A stretch of 63,545 bases of DNA, the filler included. It is 6 parts of 6 records of this genome, joined end to end, with 100 filler letters (N's around TTAATTAATTAA, not from the genome) between each part and the next. Parts side by side here need not be neighbours in the genome. Positions count along the whole stretch, not along the records: positions 22,090 to 35,310 come from SRR31156797_10079; positions 35,411 to 42,471 come from SRR31156797_10090; 4 more parts are not named here. The stretch is one strand, 5' to 3'. Made by a program: the position numbers and the translations under genes. The first letter of the stretch is position 1. Each line of letters begins with the position of its first letter. Below are positions 28,095 through 39,035 of the stretch, one piece after another. Under the pieces are notes generated by a model. The model made no database searches and was not told where the DNA came from. It saw only the letters and a program-made list of their open reading frames with translations.

Positions 28095-30851
28095 CTACCA
28101 CGTACGGTAAAATTCGACGAATTTATCTATTGACAGTGGTTTGGAAAAAAAGAATCCCTGTTGTAAATCAGCACCAGCTGCCTTCAGGTAATCACTTTGC
28201 TTCTGGCTCTCAACGCCTTCTGCAATAATCTTTATTGCCATGGATTTTGCCATAGCAATGGTCGCATTAATAATTTTTTCTCCATTGCTCTTCCTTTCAA
28301 GCTCTCCAACCAGGAACCGATCGATTTTCAACCCATGAATGGGCAGGTTATGCAATGAATTTAGGGAAGAGTAGCCTGTTCCAAAATCATCAAGTTCTAT
28401 CCGGAGTCCTAACTCGTTGAGTTCCATAAGGATGCTATTCACATAATGAAAGTCATGCACCAGGCAACTCTCAGTAATTTCAAATTTAAGGTGTTGAATT
28501 GCTACACCCGACTGGTGGATAACATTTTTTGTCTTTTGTAGAAAAAACGGATCCTTAAACTGGTGAGTGCTGATATTCACTGCAACGGTAAAATCCTCGG
28601 GGACCCCATTTTCCAAAAGTACCCTTATATGATTGCATGCCTCTTGCAAGACCCAATCACCAATGGGAACTATAAGTGAGCTGCTTTCAGCAAGTGGTAT
28701 AAATTTTACAGGAGAAACAGGTTCTCTATCAGCAGGAAACCAACGCAGTAGCGCCTCTGCTCCACTAATCCGACCCTGTTTATCTATTTGAGGTTGGAGA
28801 TACAGGGCAAGTTCATTGTTTTTCTCGGCTTCCTGGAGTGCCTGAATCAGCGTGTTCTTACTTTTAATTTCCTGCAGCCGCTCCTTGCTATACAGACAAA
28901 CCCTGTTACGTCCCTTTTCCTTGGCCTCATACATTGCGATATCTGCTTGTTTGAGCAAACTGCTTTCATCATTTTTCCTGCCCTGAAAAAGGACAACACC
29001 AACTGAGCTGCTGCAGTGATGTACAACCTCTCCGTCATTAAGGTGATACGGCTCACTTAACGCCTGACGAATTCTTTCACCGGAACTGAGCGCGTAATTT
29101 TCTGCTGTATCACTGCTTTGGCCAAGCCCTTCACACATAACGATAAATTCATCGCCTCCGAGGCGAGATATGGTATCACTTTCTCTGGTGCAGCTGTTAA
29201 TCCTCCTGGCTACTTCTATTAGCAGCGCATCCCCTGCTTCATGCCCATGAGTATCATTCAAGGCCTTAAAATTATCCAAATCCAGCATCATCAGCGCACC
29301 CCACTGTGCAGATCGATCAGACACTGCAAGACCATGGGTCAATCGGTCATACATAAGCCGCCTGTTGGCCAGACCCGTGAGCGGATCATACAGGGCAAGC
29401 TTTTTTATACGATCTTCCGATTTCTTTCTATCCGTAATATCCCATATATACCCGTACCATAGAACGCTTTCATCAACCATGCGACCTGGTGTAGCATGAC
29501 CTTCCAGCCAGACCAGACCTTTTCGAGGGTGATTGATTTTGAAACTGGAATGCCAGGGTCGCAAATCAATTGAACATTCATCAAAATCAAACTTCACCCG
29601 TTCGACATCATCTTCTGCTATCAAGTCAAACAACTGTCCAGAATCCTCCAGAAGTTGACCAGGTACAATGCCACAGGTCTCTACTATCCCTTTGCTGGCA
29701 TAGGAAAAAAAATACTCTCCCTGTAGCTTCCTATGACATTGGAAAATAAATCCAGGCACATGCTCAGAGAGCTTTTCAAGCCGCACAGAGAGCTCTTTAC
29801 GTTCTGTAATATCCTGAATAGTCCCAGATAACTTCAATCGTTTATCACATGCTGCAGGTTTCTGTGTTGCATACTGGTACACTAGTCTCTCTGTGCCGTC
29901 AGGACGGATAACCCGATACTCATACTTGACTGAATTCTTATTATTGGAAACCTCTTCTATGATATGCTTTACTAATTGGTGGTCTTCAGGATGGACGAGC
30001 TTAAGAAAGGTTTCCCGCGACACGGCTTCATTATTTTTTGCCATTCCAAAGATGGAATACAGTTGGTCAGACCAGGTAAAAAGTTCCTGTTCTACATCAA
30101 ATTCCCAGTCCCCAACCAAGGCAAGTTCTTGTGCGGCTAGTAGTCGTTTACGTAATTGAGTAAGCTCTGCTATGGTTTCCTCAAGGGATTTTAGGGTATT
30201 TTTCACCTTGCTTTCCAAAGGGATAAAAATAAAGGCGATTTCAAAACAGAGCACAATAATCGTTGCGATCCAGATAATTCGTTCTAGCCGTTCGATCTTC
30301 AGGATTGCCGCTTTTCCTATAAATTCATACTCATCTACGGCCGCATCAAGCATCGGTTCAAGGACGTGCGGACCGTACGTTGTAAGATAGATATAAGCTG
30401 ATGACTTTATGGACAGCGAATTAATATCAAGCTGATAAACCTTTTCTGCTTGATCAAGGAAATTGCCTATTGCCGTATCAAGCCCAACCATTGGGTCCCC
30501 ATAGATAACCTTCAGATTTTCATTGGTAACCAAAGGAATATTTTTCTCAGGGTTACCTTCTCGCAAAATATTATGGGTTTGCCGCATCTTATTGATGGTT
30601 CTACCCACTTGGCTACGGGCAATATTATACTCTTCCTCATCATCGGTAGATGCCATCAGGCTGGCAAAATAGGCTATTCGATTGGTCAGCCCGGCCTGAT
30701 GACCAGCCATATTGACCATGGTTGAATGGGAACGCTGCTTGGAAATGACCTGCTGCATCATAAAATATGAAGTGGTCACCAGAAGCGCTATAGCACTCAG
30801 GCCAACGACATAGCGAAACCTGAGGCTGCGTACTGTATCTTTATGTTTCAT
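28095..30851 (-). CDS. Diguanylate cyclase/phosphodiesterase (PilJ/NarX-like sensor, PAS, GGDEF, EAL)
   Basis: VNMAGHQ..LTNRI, two PAS/PAC regions, RLGGDEF, EALLRW, DDFGTGYSS. Confidence 0.92.
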   Translation of the reverse strand: MKHKDTVRSLRFRYVVGLSAIALLVTTSYFMMQQVISKQRSHSTMVNMAGHQAGLTNRIAYFASLMASTDDEEEYNIARSQVGRTINKMRQTHNILREGNPEKNIPLVTNENLKVIYGDPMVGLDTAIGNFLDQAEKVYQLDINSLSIKSSAYIYLTTYGPHVLEPMLDAAVDEYEFIGKAAILKIERLERIIWIATIIVLCFEIAFIFIPLESKVKNTLKSLEETIAELTQLRKRLLAAQELALVGDWEFDVEQELFTWSDQLYSIFGMAKNNEAVSRETFLKLVHPEDHQLVKHIIEEVSNNKNSVKYEYRVIRPDGTERLVYQYATQKPAACDKRLKLSGTIQDITERKELSVRLEKLSEHVPGFIFQCHRKLQGEYFFSYASKGIVETCGIVPGQLLEDSGQLFDLIAEDDVERVKFDFDECSIDLRPWHSSFKINHPRKGLVWLEGHATPGRMVDESVLWYGYIWDITDRKKSEDRIKKLALYDPLTGLANRRLMYDRLTHGLAVSDRSAQWGALMMLDLDNFKALNDTHGHEAGDALLIEVARRINSCTRESDTISRLGGDEFIVMCEGLGQSSDTAENYALSSGERIRQALSEPYHLNDGEVVHHCSSSVGVVLFQGRKNDESSLLKQADIAMYEAKEKGRNRVCLYSKERLQEIKSKNTLIQALQEAEKNNELALYLQPQIDKQGRISGAEALLRWFPADREPVSPVKFIPLAESSSLIVPIGDWVLQEACNHIRVLLENGVPEDFTVAVNISTHQFKDPFFLQKTKNVIHQSGVAIQHLKFEITESCLVHDFHYVNSILMELNELGLRIELDDFGTGYSSLNSLHNLPIHGLKIDRFLVGELERKSNGEKIINATIAMAKSMAIKIIAEGVESQKQSDYLKAAGADLQQGFFFSKPLSIDKFVEFYRTW

Positions 30852-31614
30852 CTCGAGTTCTTCATCTGATAGATGTTAGCCCACAATGGGCTTATAGCTA
30901 TTCATATTACAAGCATTTTACTTTAATTAGATGAGACACTCGTCTGCATCCAGTTAAGCAATTGTTAGGCTTTTATCAGGGAACTGTTAAAGCAAGCCCC
31001 TGTAAACTTATTGCGTCTCTCGCGACAAGAGAAATGAGCTGATAAAATACAACCGGAAAACAGCTCTAGAGCGTACGCCTATACATTTTTTGAATGATAC
31101 CTCTGTGTAGCCTGGCTAAGAAGTCGCACACCTTGATCATCAAGATCGATGTTAAACTAAAACAGCAGCAAATAGGTTGACGTCGTTAATTATCATGAAT
31201 GTGTATTTAAGGTGAGATGGAGGCTGCAATCGAAACAGTAAGGCGGATGACATTTTGGCAGGCAAGTTACTGGAGGAAAAGCAGGTAAGCCGGACACTTA
31301 TTCAAATTGGCTGGCAATTTGGTCCCAAGTGATTGGATAGACAATATTGCCAAGACCTTTCAATGCCTGAGTATTTCGTACTTGAAGCAGTTACTTTGAC
31401 AACTGGTTGCACTGTCCAGCATAAGGGAACCAGGATCGAAAAATTTCAATCTTACGAAGGACAGTTATAAACTTGCCCACTATTATTCAAATGACCCTTA
31501 TTTTTCCTGTTTCTGTATGCCTCAGGTTGACAGGTAAAGTATCGCACTCTGCCTTAACTGAATTATAGTCTAATGTTCCGGGGTATTTTGCTGGTGAATC
31601 TTTAATACTTATCC

Positions 31615-32115
31615 TTATCTGGTGTAAGGACAGAAACCAAGATAACAACTCTCTGTATCGGAACGTTTACTAATAACTTGCTCAATACCTGATGGAATAA
31701 AAGACAGTGCATCGAGTTTCTCTATCTTGACCCATGTCACAGCTGTTTGGTGCTTATCTGGAATCTGGCCCATTTGTGGTAAATATCCGTCAGGAACAGT
31801 ACAAAGAAAACCAAACTCAATTCTACGGTTTTTTCTTGTCTCATCCTCTGTTGGCTTGTCAAACTCGCAAACGTAAAGCAACCGGATCACCTCTGGGGTA
31901 CAGTTTATTTCCTCATGACACTCTCTATGCAAAGCATCAATCAAGGTTTCCCCAGGATCGGGAACTCCTCCAGGAAGAGTATAGTGGAGTGTCCCGTCTG
32001 GAAGCTTCTTCTCAAGCAACAAGATGTAACTGTAATCATGGTTATATATGACTGCCTTGCTGGTGTTTTTATGTTTCAAAGTGCCGCTCCCATTAGGTGT
32101 TGCCTGAACAGGCAT
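31615..32115 (-). CDS. NUDIX hydrolase
   Basis: PGGVPDPGETLIDALHRECHEEI Nudix box. Confidence 0.88.
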   Translation of the reverse strand: MPVQATPNGSGTLKHKNTSKAVIYNHDYSYILLLEKKLPDGTLHYTLPGGVPDPGETLIDALHRECHEEINCTPEVIRLLYVCEFDKPTEDETRKNRRIEFGFLCTVPDGYLPQMGQIPDKHQTAVTWVKIEKLDALSFIPSGIEQVISKRSDTESCYLGFCPYTR

Positions 32116-32217
32116 GAAAAGAGTAGAAAATTGATGTCACCTTGCTGAAAGTATACTTCAGATTTCTTTATAGGTGAAGGTGAAATAAGGTATACATAAA
32201 ACAGGTTGAAGTCTTGA

Positions 32218-32554
32218 TTATAGGTAGAATAAGGCTGTTTCGATGGAGGTGTCAAGCTGGCGAATAAGCTTAACAAGATGGAAGGGTGAGCCACCGTAAA
32301 CAACCTCTTTCAAATGAATCGGGCCAGTTGGGAAATCAATCTGCTCAGCGAAGATTTTAGCTGTCCATCTCGCCCGTTTGGCTGGCGAGATAATCATCAG
32401 CCTTAATACCTTGTTTGTGTGTGCAACCACTGACCCATCACCGGGGCATCAAGCTTGCCCGCTTAATGAAACGGGTGGTCCTTATCTCCTTATCAAAAAA
32501 GCACAGGTCTTCCCAACTGGACTTTACATGTCTGCAGACCAATAGCCGCTTCAT
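32218..32554 (-). pseudogene. sixA: SixA-type phosphohistidine phosphatase, frameshifted
   Basis: ATG overlapping the parA stop gives MKRLLVCRHVKSSW; other frames give GKLDAPVMGQWL and ISSPAKRARWTA. Confidence 0.7.
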
Positions 32555-33303
32555 GATCCGCCCACCTGTTCACATACTTCCTGCCATAGGTTGTTGTAGG
32601 CCTGGGCAGCACGGGATCGTGGTAAGGCTGCGGTAACCGGCTGCCGATAAATACCCATACGCTCAATATCAGCAAGATAAGGGATAGGTGTTTTCAACAC
32701 CCCCTTTTTTTTGCGCATCGCTGCCATGAGCTCCATATGCATTTTCTTGCGCTGCTCAACCATGGAAAACAGCACCAGCGCCTTTTGCCGTTTTTCTCCA
32801 ATCTTTTCCATAAACTTAAACAACTGCTTAAGCGACATGAGCGAAAGTGAAGTCGGAATAATGGGCACCAGGATCCAATCTGCAGCGTAAAAAATATTTT
32901 CTGCAAGAAGGGTCACATTGGGTGGACAATCCAAAATGATCCGGTCATATTCATCAAGCAACGGATTGAGCACGCTGCTCAACCGGGTGGTGGATTTTTT
33001 CAACTCATCCAGGGCAATATCGATGTTGCGGTAGGAAAAATCAGCAGGGAGCAGGTCCAGATTGGGAAAATCCGTGCCCCTGATATTTTTTTCCACATGC
33101 TCGCCACCTTTGAGCAGTTTCTTGGTGTTCAGTTTTTTCGGCGACCGGATCCGAAAATAGTAGGAGGCTGAGCCCTGCGGATCCAGATCGCAGAGCAGGG
33201 TTTTGGTGCCCTGGCTTGCCGAGAGATAGGCTAAATTAACCGAGGTGGCGGTTTTTCCCACTCCGCCCTTAATGTTGTAAACCGCTAAAATAGTCATTCC
33301 CAC
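32551..33303 (-). CDS. ParA/Soj-family ATPase (CHAD-operon associated)
   Basis: KGGVGKT, DLDPQG, LDCPP; reading frame intact. Confidence 0.9.
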   Translation of the reverse strand: MGMTILAVYNIKGGVGKTATSVNLAYLSASQGTKTLLCDLDPQGSASYYFRIRSPKKLNTKKLLKGGEHVEKNIRGTDFPNLDLLPADFSYRNIDIALDELKKSTTRLSSVLNPLLDEYDRIILDCPPNVTLLAENIFYAADWILVPIIPTSLSLMSLKQLFKFMEKIGEKRQKALVLFSMVEQRKKMHMELMAAMRKKKGVLKTPIPYLADIERMGIYRQPVTAALPRSRAAQAYNNLWQEVCEQVGGS

Positions 33304-33308
33304 TCTCC

Positions 33309-34752
33309 TTACGAGGCAAAAAGCTGTTCAAACAGCACCGTGTTGCGGCTGCCGCTGAACTTCCTGAAAACAGCTCCAAAATCGTCACGGGCCTTGACCT
33401 GCTCCTGATGCAGGTTAGCCATCAAACCACCAAGGGCTGCGGCAAGCTCAAGGTTTTTCCTGGACCCGGGTCGGGGCTGACCAATGTAGTCCTGCAGCAT
33501 TTCCTGTTGCACTGAAAGATCGTTGAAATCACCCAGATAGTTTTGCTACCGTTTAAGCCGTTTGATGGCTGTTTTAATATTCTGTTGAGGAAAGAGTGAG
33601 CTGAAAAACTCAATGGGATAACGTAGCTTCTTGCCTTGGATACGCAACCGGTGAATATCCTTATCAGGGGTATATTCAGTGATGGCAAGTCCGTCATTGA
33701 GTACCCGCTTATAGCGCTTAAAGATGATTTTCTTGGCAATATCGATCACCGGCACCTCGGCAAACTTTTCGGTTGACTCCCCCTGCTCATCCAGGTAATC
33801 ACCCCAGGAAGCTAATATTTTCTCCACATTGCCCCCCTTAAACTCTTTCACCAACGTCCTTTGTTCCTTAATCCGGAATGCAGTCAAGTTTTCAAAAAAG
33901 GTATGCAGCCCCCCTTGCAGGATTCCGGCAAGCGGGCCTTATACTTCTCTTCATAGAGCAGGTACACATCCAGGTCCCGGGTAGGACCGGTGATTTTTCC
34001 CAGGTAGGCAAAATCAGCTTTATACTGCTTAACCACCTTTTCAGGCAGGATATTTTTAATCAATGATAGCCCGGACCGGGTCCTTCTGATGGCGACTCGC
34101 AGATCGTGAAGGAATTCAGAATCCAGATCTGCAATGGTTCCTGGAATGTTGGTGTACATAGTCTCCAACAGCTGTTTGTAGATAACTTGCATTGCTGAAA
34201 AAGCAGTCTGATCGGGATCAAGCCTGAGGATAAACTTAGAGGTATACTCCCCTGGAGTTCTACCTTTTTGGGCACATCCCTGTTCAAGCACAAAACGCCC
34301 TGGGGAGATATTAGCTGGAGCACATTTTTTAAACACCTTGCGCGCCCGATCAAGCTCCTCTGCATATCCGCGAACCGATTCAAGTCGGGCAACTCGCAGC
34401 ACCTGGTCGTTCTCCTCCACCGCAAACTGTTCAACAACCAGCCGGACCACGGTTTTTTCGTCTTTGTTGAGCAACCGAAAATTCTGGGAGGTCACATTGG
34501 CTTTGGTTATAGGTGAAACGCTGCGGATATCCAGAACAAGAACGACTTTGTCCTGCAATTCGCCGGGCTGAAAGGCTTTGGCAAACAGCCCCTGCGCCAT
34601 CCTGGGGCCACTGTCTTCACAAATAATTTTTCTTGAATCTAAGGCAGATAACGTCCATTGCGCCCCGCTGCAGGTCAGCAGTAAGCCTGCCTTAAACAGC
34701 CGCCAGTCAAATGAATCGCAGTATGTGATCCCTTTGGTAACTCGCTGCCATG
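33309..34752 (-). pseudogene. CHAD-domain (polyphosphate-binding) protein, disrupted
   Basis: YCDSFDWRL, LHDLRVAIRRTRS, TRDLDV, HRLRIQGKKLRY, LGDFNDLSVQ; in-frame TAG at 33546-33548, frameshift near 33890, start ATG out of frame. Confidence 0.82.
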
Positions 34753-35215
34753 ATCTCTTCTCTCTCTATTTTGATTAGAATGTTCAACAGATGTTTACAC
34801 CCTTGTTTCAGTTCTTATTTATCCCGTCATATAAAAAACGTCCGATCCTACCCTACAATTACCCGCATTGATAAAGCTATATAGGTTGCAATTGGATCGT
34901 CGCTTGATCTGGCATCTACTCTTTCCGAAAGAAAATCCTCTTGAACCAGGAGCATCCGGTATTTTATGGGCCGATACCGCGACAGCTCCTTCGCTGGCTT
35001 GATACTGTATTTTTAAATCAAAGATAGTACCCAGGGACGCGAAGAATCGCTTTGGAGCGCGGGACGACATATACGCCACTTGTAAGAGAAGAGTGGCATT
35101 GGAAGGTGGGAGAAACGTGAAGATAAGGGGTGTTTAGCCGATTGAGCCGCTCTTCAAAGTAAGCAGATTGCACACACCCTTTTTTGCATATTTTTCATAT
35201 TAAACGCACAAAATA

Positions 35216-35252
35216 AAAAGACCGATTAAGCCAACGGCCTAATCGGTCTTTT
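35216..35252 (-). terminator. Rho-independent terminator downstream of tRNA
   Basis: AAAAGACCGATTA...TAATCGGTCTTTT. Confidence 0.7.
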
Positions 35253-35260
35253 ATATTTAA

Positions 35261-35310
35261 TGGTCGGAAAGAGAGGATTTGAACCTCCGACCCCAGCGTC
35301 CCGAACGCTG
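35261..35310 (-). tRNA. tRNA-Pro(CGG), 3' part only (cut by the contig end)
   Basis: Reverse complement: CAGCG-TT-CGG-GA-CGCTG anticodon arm, GGAGGTTCAAATCCTCT T-arm, ends CCGACCA. Confidence 0.88.
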
Positions 35311-35410
35311 NNNNNNNNNNNNNNNNNNNNNNNNNNNNNNNNNNNNNNNNNNNNTTAATTAATTAANNNNNNNNNNNNNNNNNNNNNNNNNNNNNNNNNN
35401 NNNNNNNNNN
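35311..35410. other. Artificial contig linker
   Basis: N44-TTAATTAATTAA-N44. Confidence 0.99.
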
Positions 35411-35602
35411 TTTCATAATCCCCATCCAAAGGGTTAAAACTCCTGTTAATCCCAATGATATTTCAAAGCCAGTCTTTGCCATATCAAAAGTGGCCTTTAC
35501 CATTTCCGGGAAAACTTCCACATCGCCCAGAAAAATAAGACGCGCCAGGCCAATTATAAAAGCTGCTAAAAAGAAAAATATAAAGAGGTAATTTAAAGCC
35601 AT
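35411..35602 (-). CDS. SpmA/SpmB nucleoside-recognition (Gate) domain protein, 5' partial
   Basis: MALNYLFIFFF...AKTGFEISLGLTGVLTLWMGIMK. Confidence 0.8.
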
Positions 35603-35883
35603 AAAAAATGTTGTATTGAAAAAGCAAATATAATCAGATTTAATTGGTCACACATGCTATTTGCTACAATATGTAAATTAACAACACTACTTTATTGATT
35701 TTTTCTTGAAATCTGTTTTTAAAATGAACTTTTTAAATTCAACCTATAGCCCATCTGCTAAAATTGAAAATGCCTGCCAATCGGCAGACGGGTAAAATGC
35801 ATAATTTTTATATTTGTAATATGTATTAAAACTTTGTCAAGCTCATTTTCTTATAAGTCATAATATTTGCAAAAACAAACCAA

Positions 35884-36771
35884 ATGAAAAAGGTATTATT
35901 CTGGTTTATGGCCATCCTGATCACACTGTCGGCTGTTATTTACCAACGAAAAACAGGGCCTACTTACGATAAAAAAATTACGGTTGAAGTAAATGATACA
36001 ACATATCAACTGAAATTAATCCGTAGTATGGAAATTGGTAGCGGCGCTTCTGTTAAACTTAACATAGAAGAAACGGACATAAAAGCCCGGCTGTTTTACA
36101 AACCTTACCTAACCAACGAAGCATATACATCGGTAGATTTTGTTTTTAAACAAAAAAATATCGACTCGTTTATTATGAACAAAGTATTTAAAATTTACGA
36201 AGAAAAGGGCTGGTTTGCTGCTGTTCCCGATCAACCCATGGCAGGTAAAATTCAATATTACTTCGAAATAACCGACAATAGAGGAAAGCTTACTTACTTT
36301 GAGAATGATCCGATTGTAGTACGTTTTAAAGGAGCAGTACCCTCAGCAGTTTTAGTCCCTCATATATTCTTTATGTTTTTTGCTATGCTGCTCGGAAATT
36401 TAGCTGGAATTATGGCCATCTTCAAACACCGGCGCTATAAATTCTACACCACTCTAACTTTGCTTACTTTGTTTGTTGGAGGAATGATACTTGGCCCCTG
36501 GGTGCAATGGTACGCATTTGGTGAAGCCTGGGCCGGAATTCCCTTTGCCTGGGATTTAACCGATAATAAAACCTTACTGGCATTTGTTTTTTGGCTAATA
36601 GCTTCTATAACCAACCGTAAGAAAAACCAACCTCTTTACACTGTTGTTGCGGCTATTGTAATGTTAATTGTTTATTCCATTCCGCATAGCATGTATGGAT
36701 CACAACTGGATCCGGAAACCGGAGAAATTATTCAGGGCTGGATTCAACCATGGCTGATTAAAAAAAGCTAA
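35884..36771 (+). CDS. Conserved hypothetical membrane protein
   Basis: YQRKTGPTY, QPMAGKIQY, several TM segments, WDLTDNKT. Confidence 0.75.
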   Translation: MKKVLFWFMAILITLSAVIYQRKTGPTYDKKITVEVNDTTYQLKLIRSMEIGSGASVKLNIEETDIKARLFYKPYLTNEAYTSVDFVFKQKNIDSFIMNKVFKIYEEKGWFAAVPDQPMAGKIQYYFEITDNRGKLTYFENDPIVVRFKGAVPSAVLVPHIFFMFFAMLLGNLAGIMAIFKHRRYKFYTTLTLLTLFVGGMILGPWVQWYAFGEAWAGIPFAWDLTDNKTLLAFVFWLIASITNRKKNQPLYTVVAAIVMLIVYSIPHSMYGSQLDPETGEIIQGWIQPWLIKKS

Positions 36772-36812
36772 AAAACAAGAGGCAAAACCCAAAATTTTTG
36801 CCTCTTGTTTTT
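36771..36812. terminator. Bidirectional terminator between convergent genes
   Basis: AAAAACAAGAGGCAAAA...TTTTGCCTCTTGTTTTT. Confidence 0.8.
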
Positions 36813-38084
36813 TTATAAAATTACCGGGTTTATTGGATTCGATAACTTTTCGGCCTCCTCCGAAATATATTTTTTAAATCCTTCTTCCGTTTTCCATTGT
36901 TTTTTATCCAGGCCCCAAACCGAAAAGAAATAATGTTTGGCCGGAACGTTAGGTTTACATTTCTGCCCTATGTAATAGGTTTCTGAAATAATATTGCTGA
37001 ATCCTTTTGATTCCACAGTTACAAATCCCTTTTTAAAATAGTTGATGTTGGTTGTTCTGCCAATCTTACCCGTTTCTTCTTTCGGAACTAATATAGCCAT
37101 TCCCAATTCATCGTTGTTTAACGATTGAATTCCGTGTGTTCCAATACACTGAAAACCGGCCTTTTTATAAGCAAAAGGTTCTTCTTTCAAATGACTGGTT
37201 ACAATTCCGGTAACGATCTCGTTTTTTTCGGAACATCCTTTTATGGTAACATCCGACTCAAACCAATATTTCCCGGGATAAATGGTAATGCGTTCAACTG
37301 CTTCCATTTCTTCATCATCAACATCCCATCCGGAATAACGTAACTCGAATATGGAACGAAACGGGCCTTCAATAATCTTCTGGTATTCATACACTTTTGT
37401 TGATCCCAAACGAATCAGGGAATCGTTTTTAAGAATTGCTAAACCTCCGGCTCCCAGTGAGCTTCCACAGTGCAAAACATCCATTCCCCAATCAGCTAAT
37501 TCATGATAACTCCCAAAATCAGGGGTGTGTACCTTATCGGCTACCAATTGAGGCAAACGTTTCCCAAAAAGGTCTTTTACGTTCCGGCAATCAAAATATA
37601 CCCTAAAGCCTATTTTATCGTTTTCCCAGGTAACTCCTTCTCCCTGAGAAATAACTTTAAAATCTTCGGTAGGTGGAATTGCTTTGTAATAGTCAACTTC
37701 TTTCCAGGTTTTATCTTCTTGTTTAATTCCCAAACGCACATTCGTCCGCTTGTCAAATTCAGGGAAGTCAGCTTCCTGAACAATTTCAATACTCACTTCA
37801 ACATTCTCGTTGGCAGCAAAATCTAATATTAATACTGCCTCATCCCACTTACCATCGCCATCCAAATCATCAAACTGAGAAGGAATAACTGTTCCTCTGG
37901 TTTTAAAAACCGGTAATTGTCCTTCCTGAAAAGATATTTTCTTCTCAATCTCTTCACGTGATAACACAATCACCTCATCATCGCGATCAATTCCAAGTTC
38001 ATTTTTAAAACTAATTGTTGAAGATGGTTCGCACGATATAAACAATAATAACAGGCCCAGGGATAAAAAACAAAGATTGTTCAT
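36813..38084 (-). CDS. DUF4861-family lipoprotein
   Basis: Lipobox FISC, WENDKIGFRVY, DLFGK, YHELADWGMDVL, SLGAGG. Confidence 0.8.
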   Translation of the reverse strand: MNNLCFLSLGLLLLFISCEPSSTISFKNELGIDRDDEVIVLSREEIEKKISFQEGQLPVFKTRGTVIPSQFDDLDGDGKWDEAVLILDFAANENVEVSIEIVQEADFPEFDKRTNVRLGIKQEDKTWKEVDYYKAIPPTEDFKVISQGEGVTWENDKIGFRVYFDCRNVKDLFGKRLPQLVADKVHTPDFGSYHELADWGMDVLHCGSSLGAGGLAILKNDSLIRLGSTKVYEYQKIIEGPFRSIFELRYSGWDVDDEEMEAVERITIYPGKYWFESDVTIKGCSEKNEIVTGIVTSHLKEEPFAYKKAGFQCIGTHGIQSLNNDELGMAILVPKEETGKIGRTTNINYFKKGFVTVESKGFSNIISETYYIGQKCKPNVPAKHYFFSVWGLDKKQWKTEEGFKKYISEEAEKLSNPINPVIL

Positions 38085-38106
38085 AAAATAATAGTTAGTT
38101 AGAAAT

Positions 38107-38140
38107 AAAAAATCCCACTCAGAAATAATATGAGTGGGAT
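38107..38140 (-). terminator. Terminator after gluconate 5-dehydrogenase
   Basis: ATCCCACTCA...TGAGTGGGAT with a T-tract on the minus strand. Confidence 0.65.
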
Positions 38141-38155
38141 ATATAATCGGGATAA

Positions 38156-38956
38156 TTATAGTACGTCGTTTTCGCCTTTTACATATCCGAAGTTAGCTAA
38201 GATCCCACCATCTACATAAAGCACCTGGCCATTTACAAAATCAGCTGCTTTTGAAGACAGGTACAAACAAGCATTACCAATATCTTCAGGCTCTCCCCAA
38301 CGGTTTGCCGGTGTACGAGTCATTACCAGATCGTTGAAAGGGTGTCCTCCTTCGCGGATCGGAGCGGTTTGCGCTGTAGCAATATAACCAGGTCCAATTC
38401 CATTAATTTGTAAGTTGTATTTAGCCCACTCGCAGCACATATTTGCCGTAAGTAATTTCAAACCACCTTTTGCTGAAGCATAAGCCGAAACATTTTGACG
38501 ACCGTATACGCTCATCATCGAACACATGTTAATGATTTTTCCCTGACGACGTTCGATCATTCCCGGAGCAATACGCTTGGCTACAATTAACGGAGCTACC
38601 AGGTCAACATCTATTACCTGTTCGTATTCTGCAACTGTCATTTCCAATATGGGAACACGCTTAATAATTCCTGCATTGTTTACCAAAATATCAATAGGAC
38701 CAACTTTATCTTCAATTTTTGTTACTCCTTTATCCACATCTTCTTCACTGGTAACATTAAAGTTTACCGTAAAAACATCAATACCATCTTTGGCATATTC
38801 TTCTTTTGCTGCTGCCAGTTTCTCATCGTCAATATCGTTAACGCATAGTTTTGCACCAGCTTTTGCAAGTGCTTTACCGCAAGCCATACCAATACCATGG
38901 GTACCGCCTGTTACCAAAGCAACTTTTCCGTTTAGATCAAATAACTCCTGAATCAT
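38156..38956 (-). CDS. idnO: Gluconate 5-dehydrogenase / KduD-like SDR
   Basis: TGGTHGIG, NNAG, YASAK, NGIGPGYIAT; start MIQELF at 38956. Confidence 0.85.
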   Translation of the reverse strand: MIQELFDLNGKVALVTGGTHGIGMACGKALAKAGAKLCVNDIDDEKLAAAKEEYAKDGIDVFTVNFNVTSEEDVDKGVTKIEDKVGPIDILVNNAGIIKRVPILEMTVAEYEQVIDVDLVAPLIVAKRIAPGMIERRQGKIINMCSMMSVYGRQNVSAYASAKGGLKLLTANMCCEWAKYNLQINGIGPGYIATAQTAPIREGGHPFNDLVMTRTPANRWGEPEDIGNACLYLSSKAADFVNGQVLYVDGGILANFGYVKGENDVL

Positions 38957-39035
38957 CTTATTATTTTTTTGATTAATTTTTAATGTAAAAGAGTAAAACA
39001 AATGATGCTTTGATCGGCACCATGTCCCATTCCTG

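Noticed and set aside
31216-31470. Possible selenoprotein ORF with an in-frame TGA
   Set aside because: No good start or RBS in frame before the TGA, no redox motif and no evident SECIS.
34819-35079. 86-aa ORF near the tRNA
   Set aside because: No family motif or convincing RBS; probably spurious.
22090-35310. Linking phosphate/polyP gene decay to the Fe-phosphate ferrosome cluster
   Set aside because: Different contig; common origin not established.
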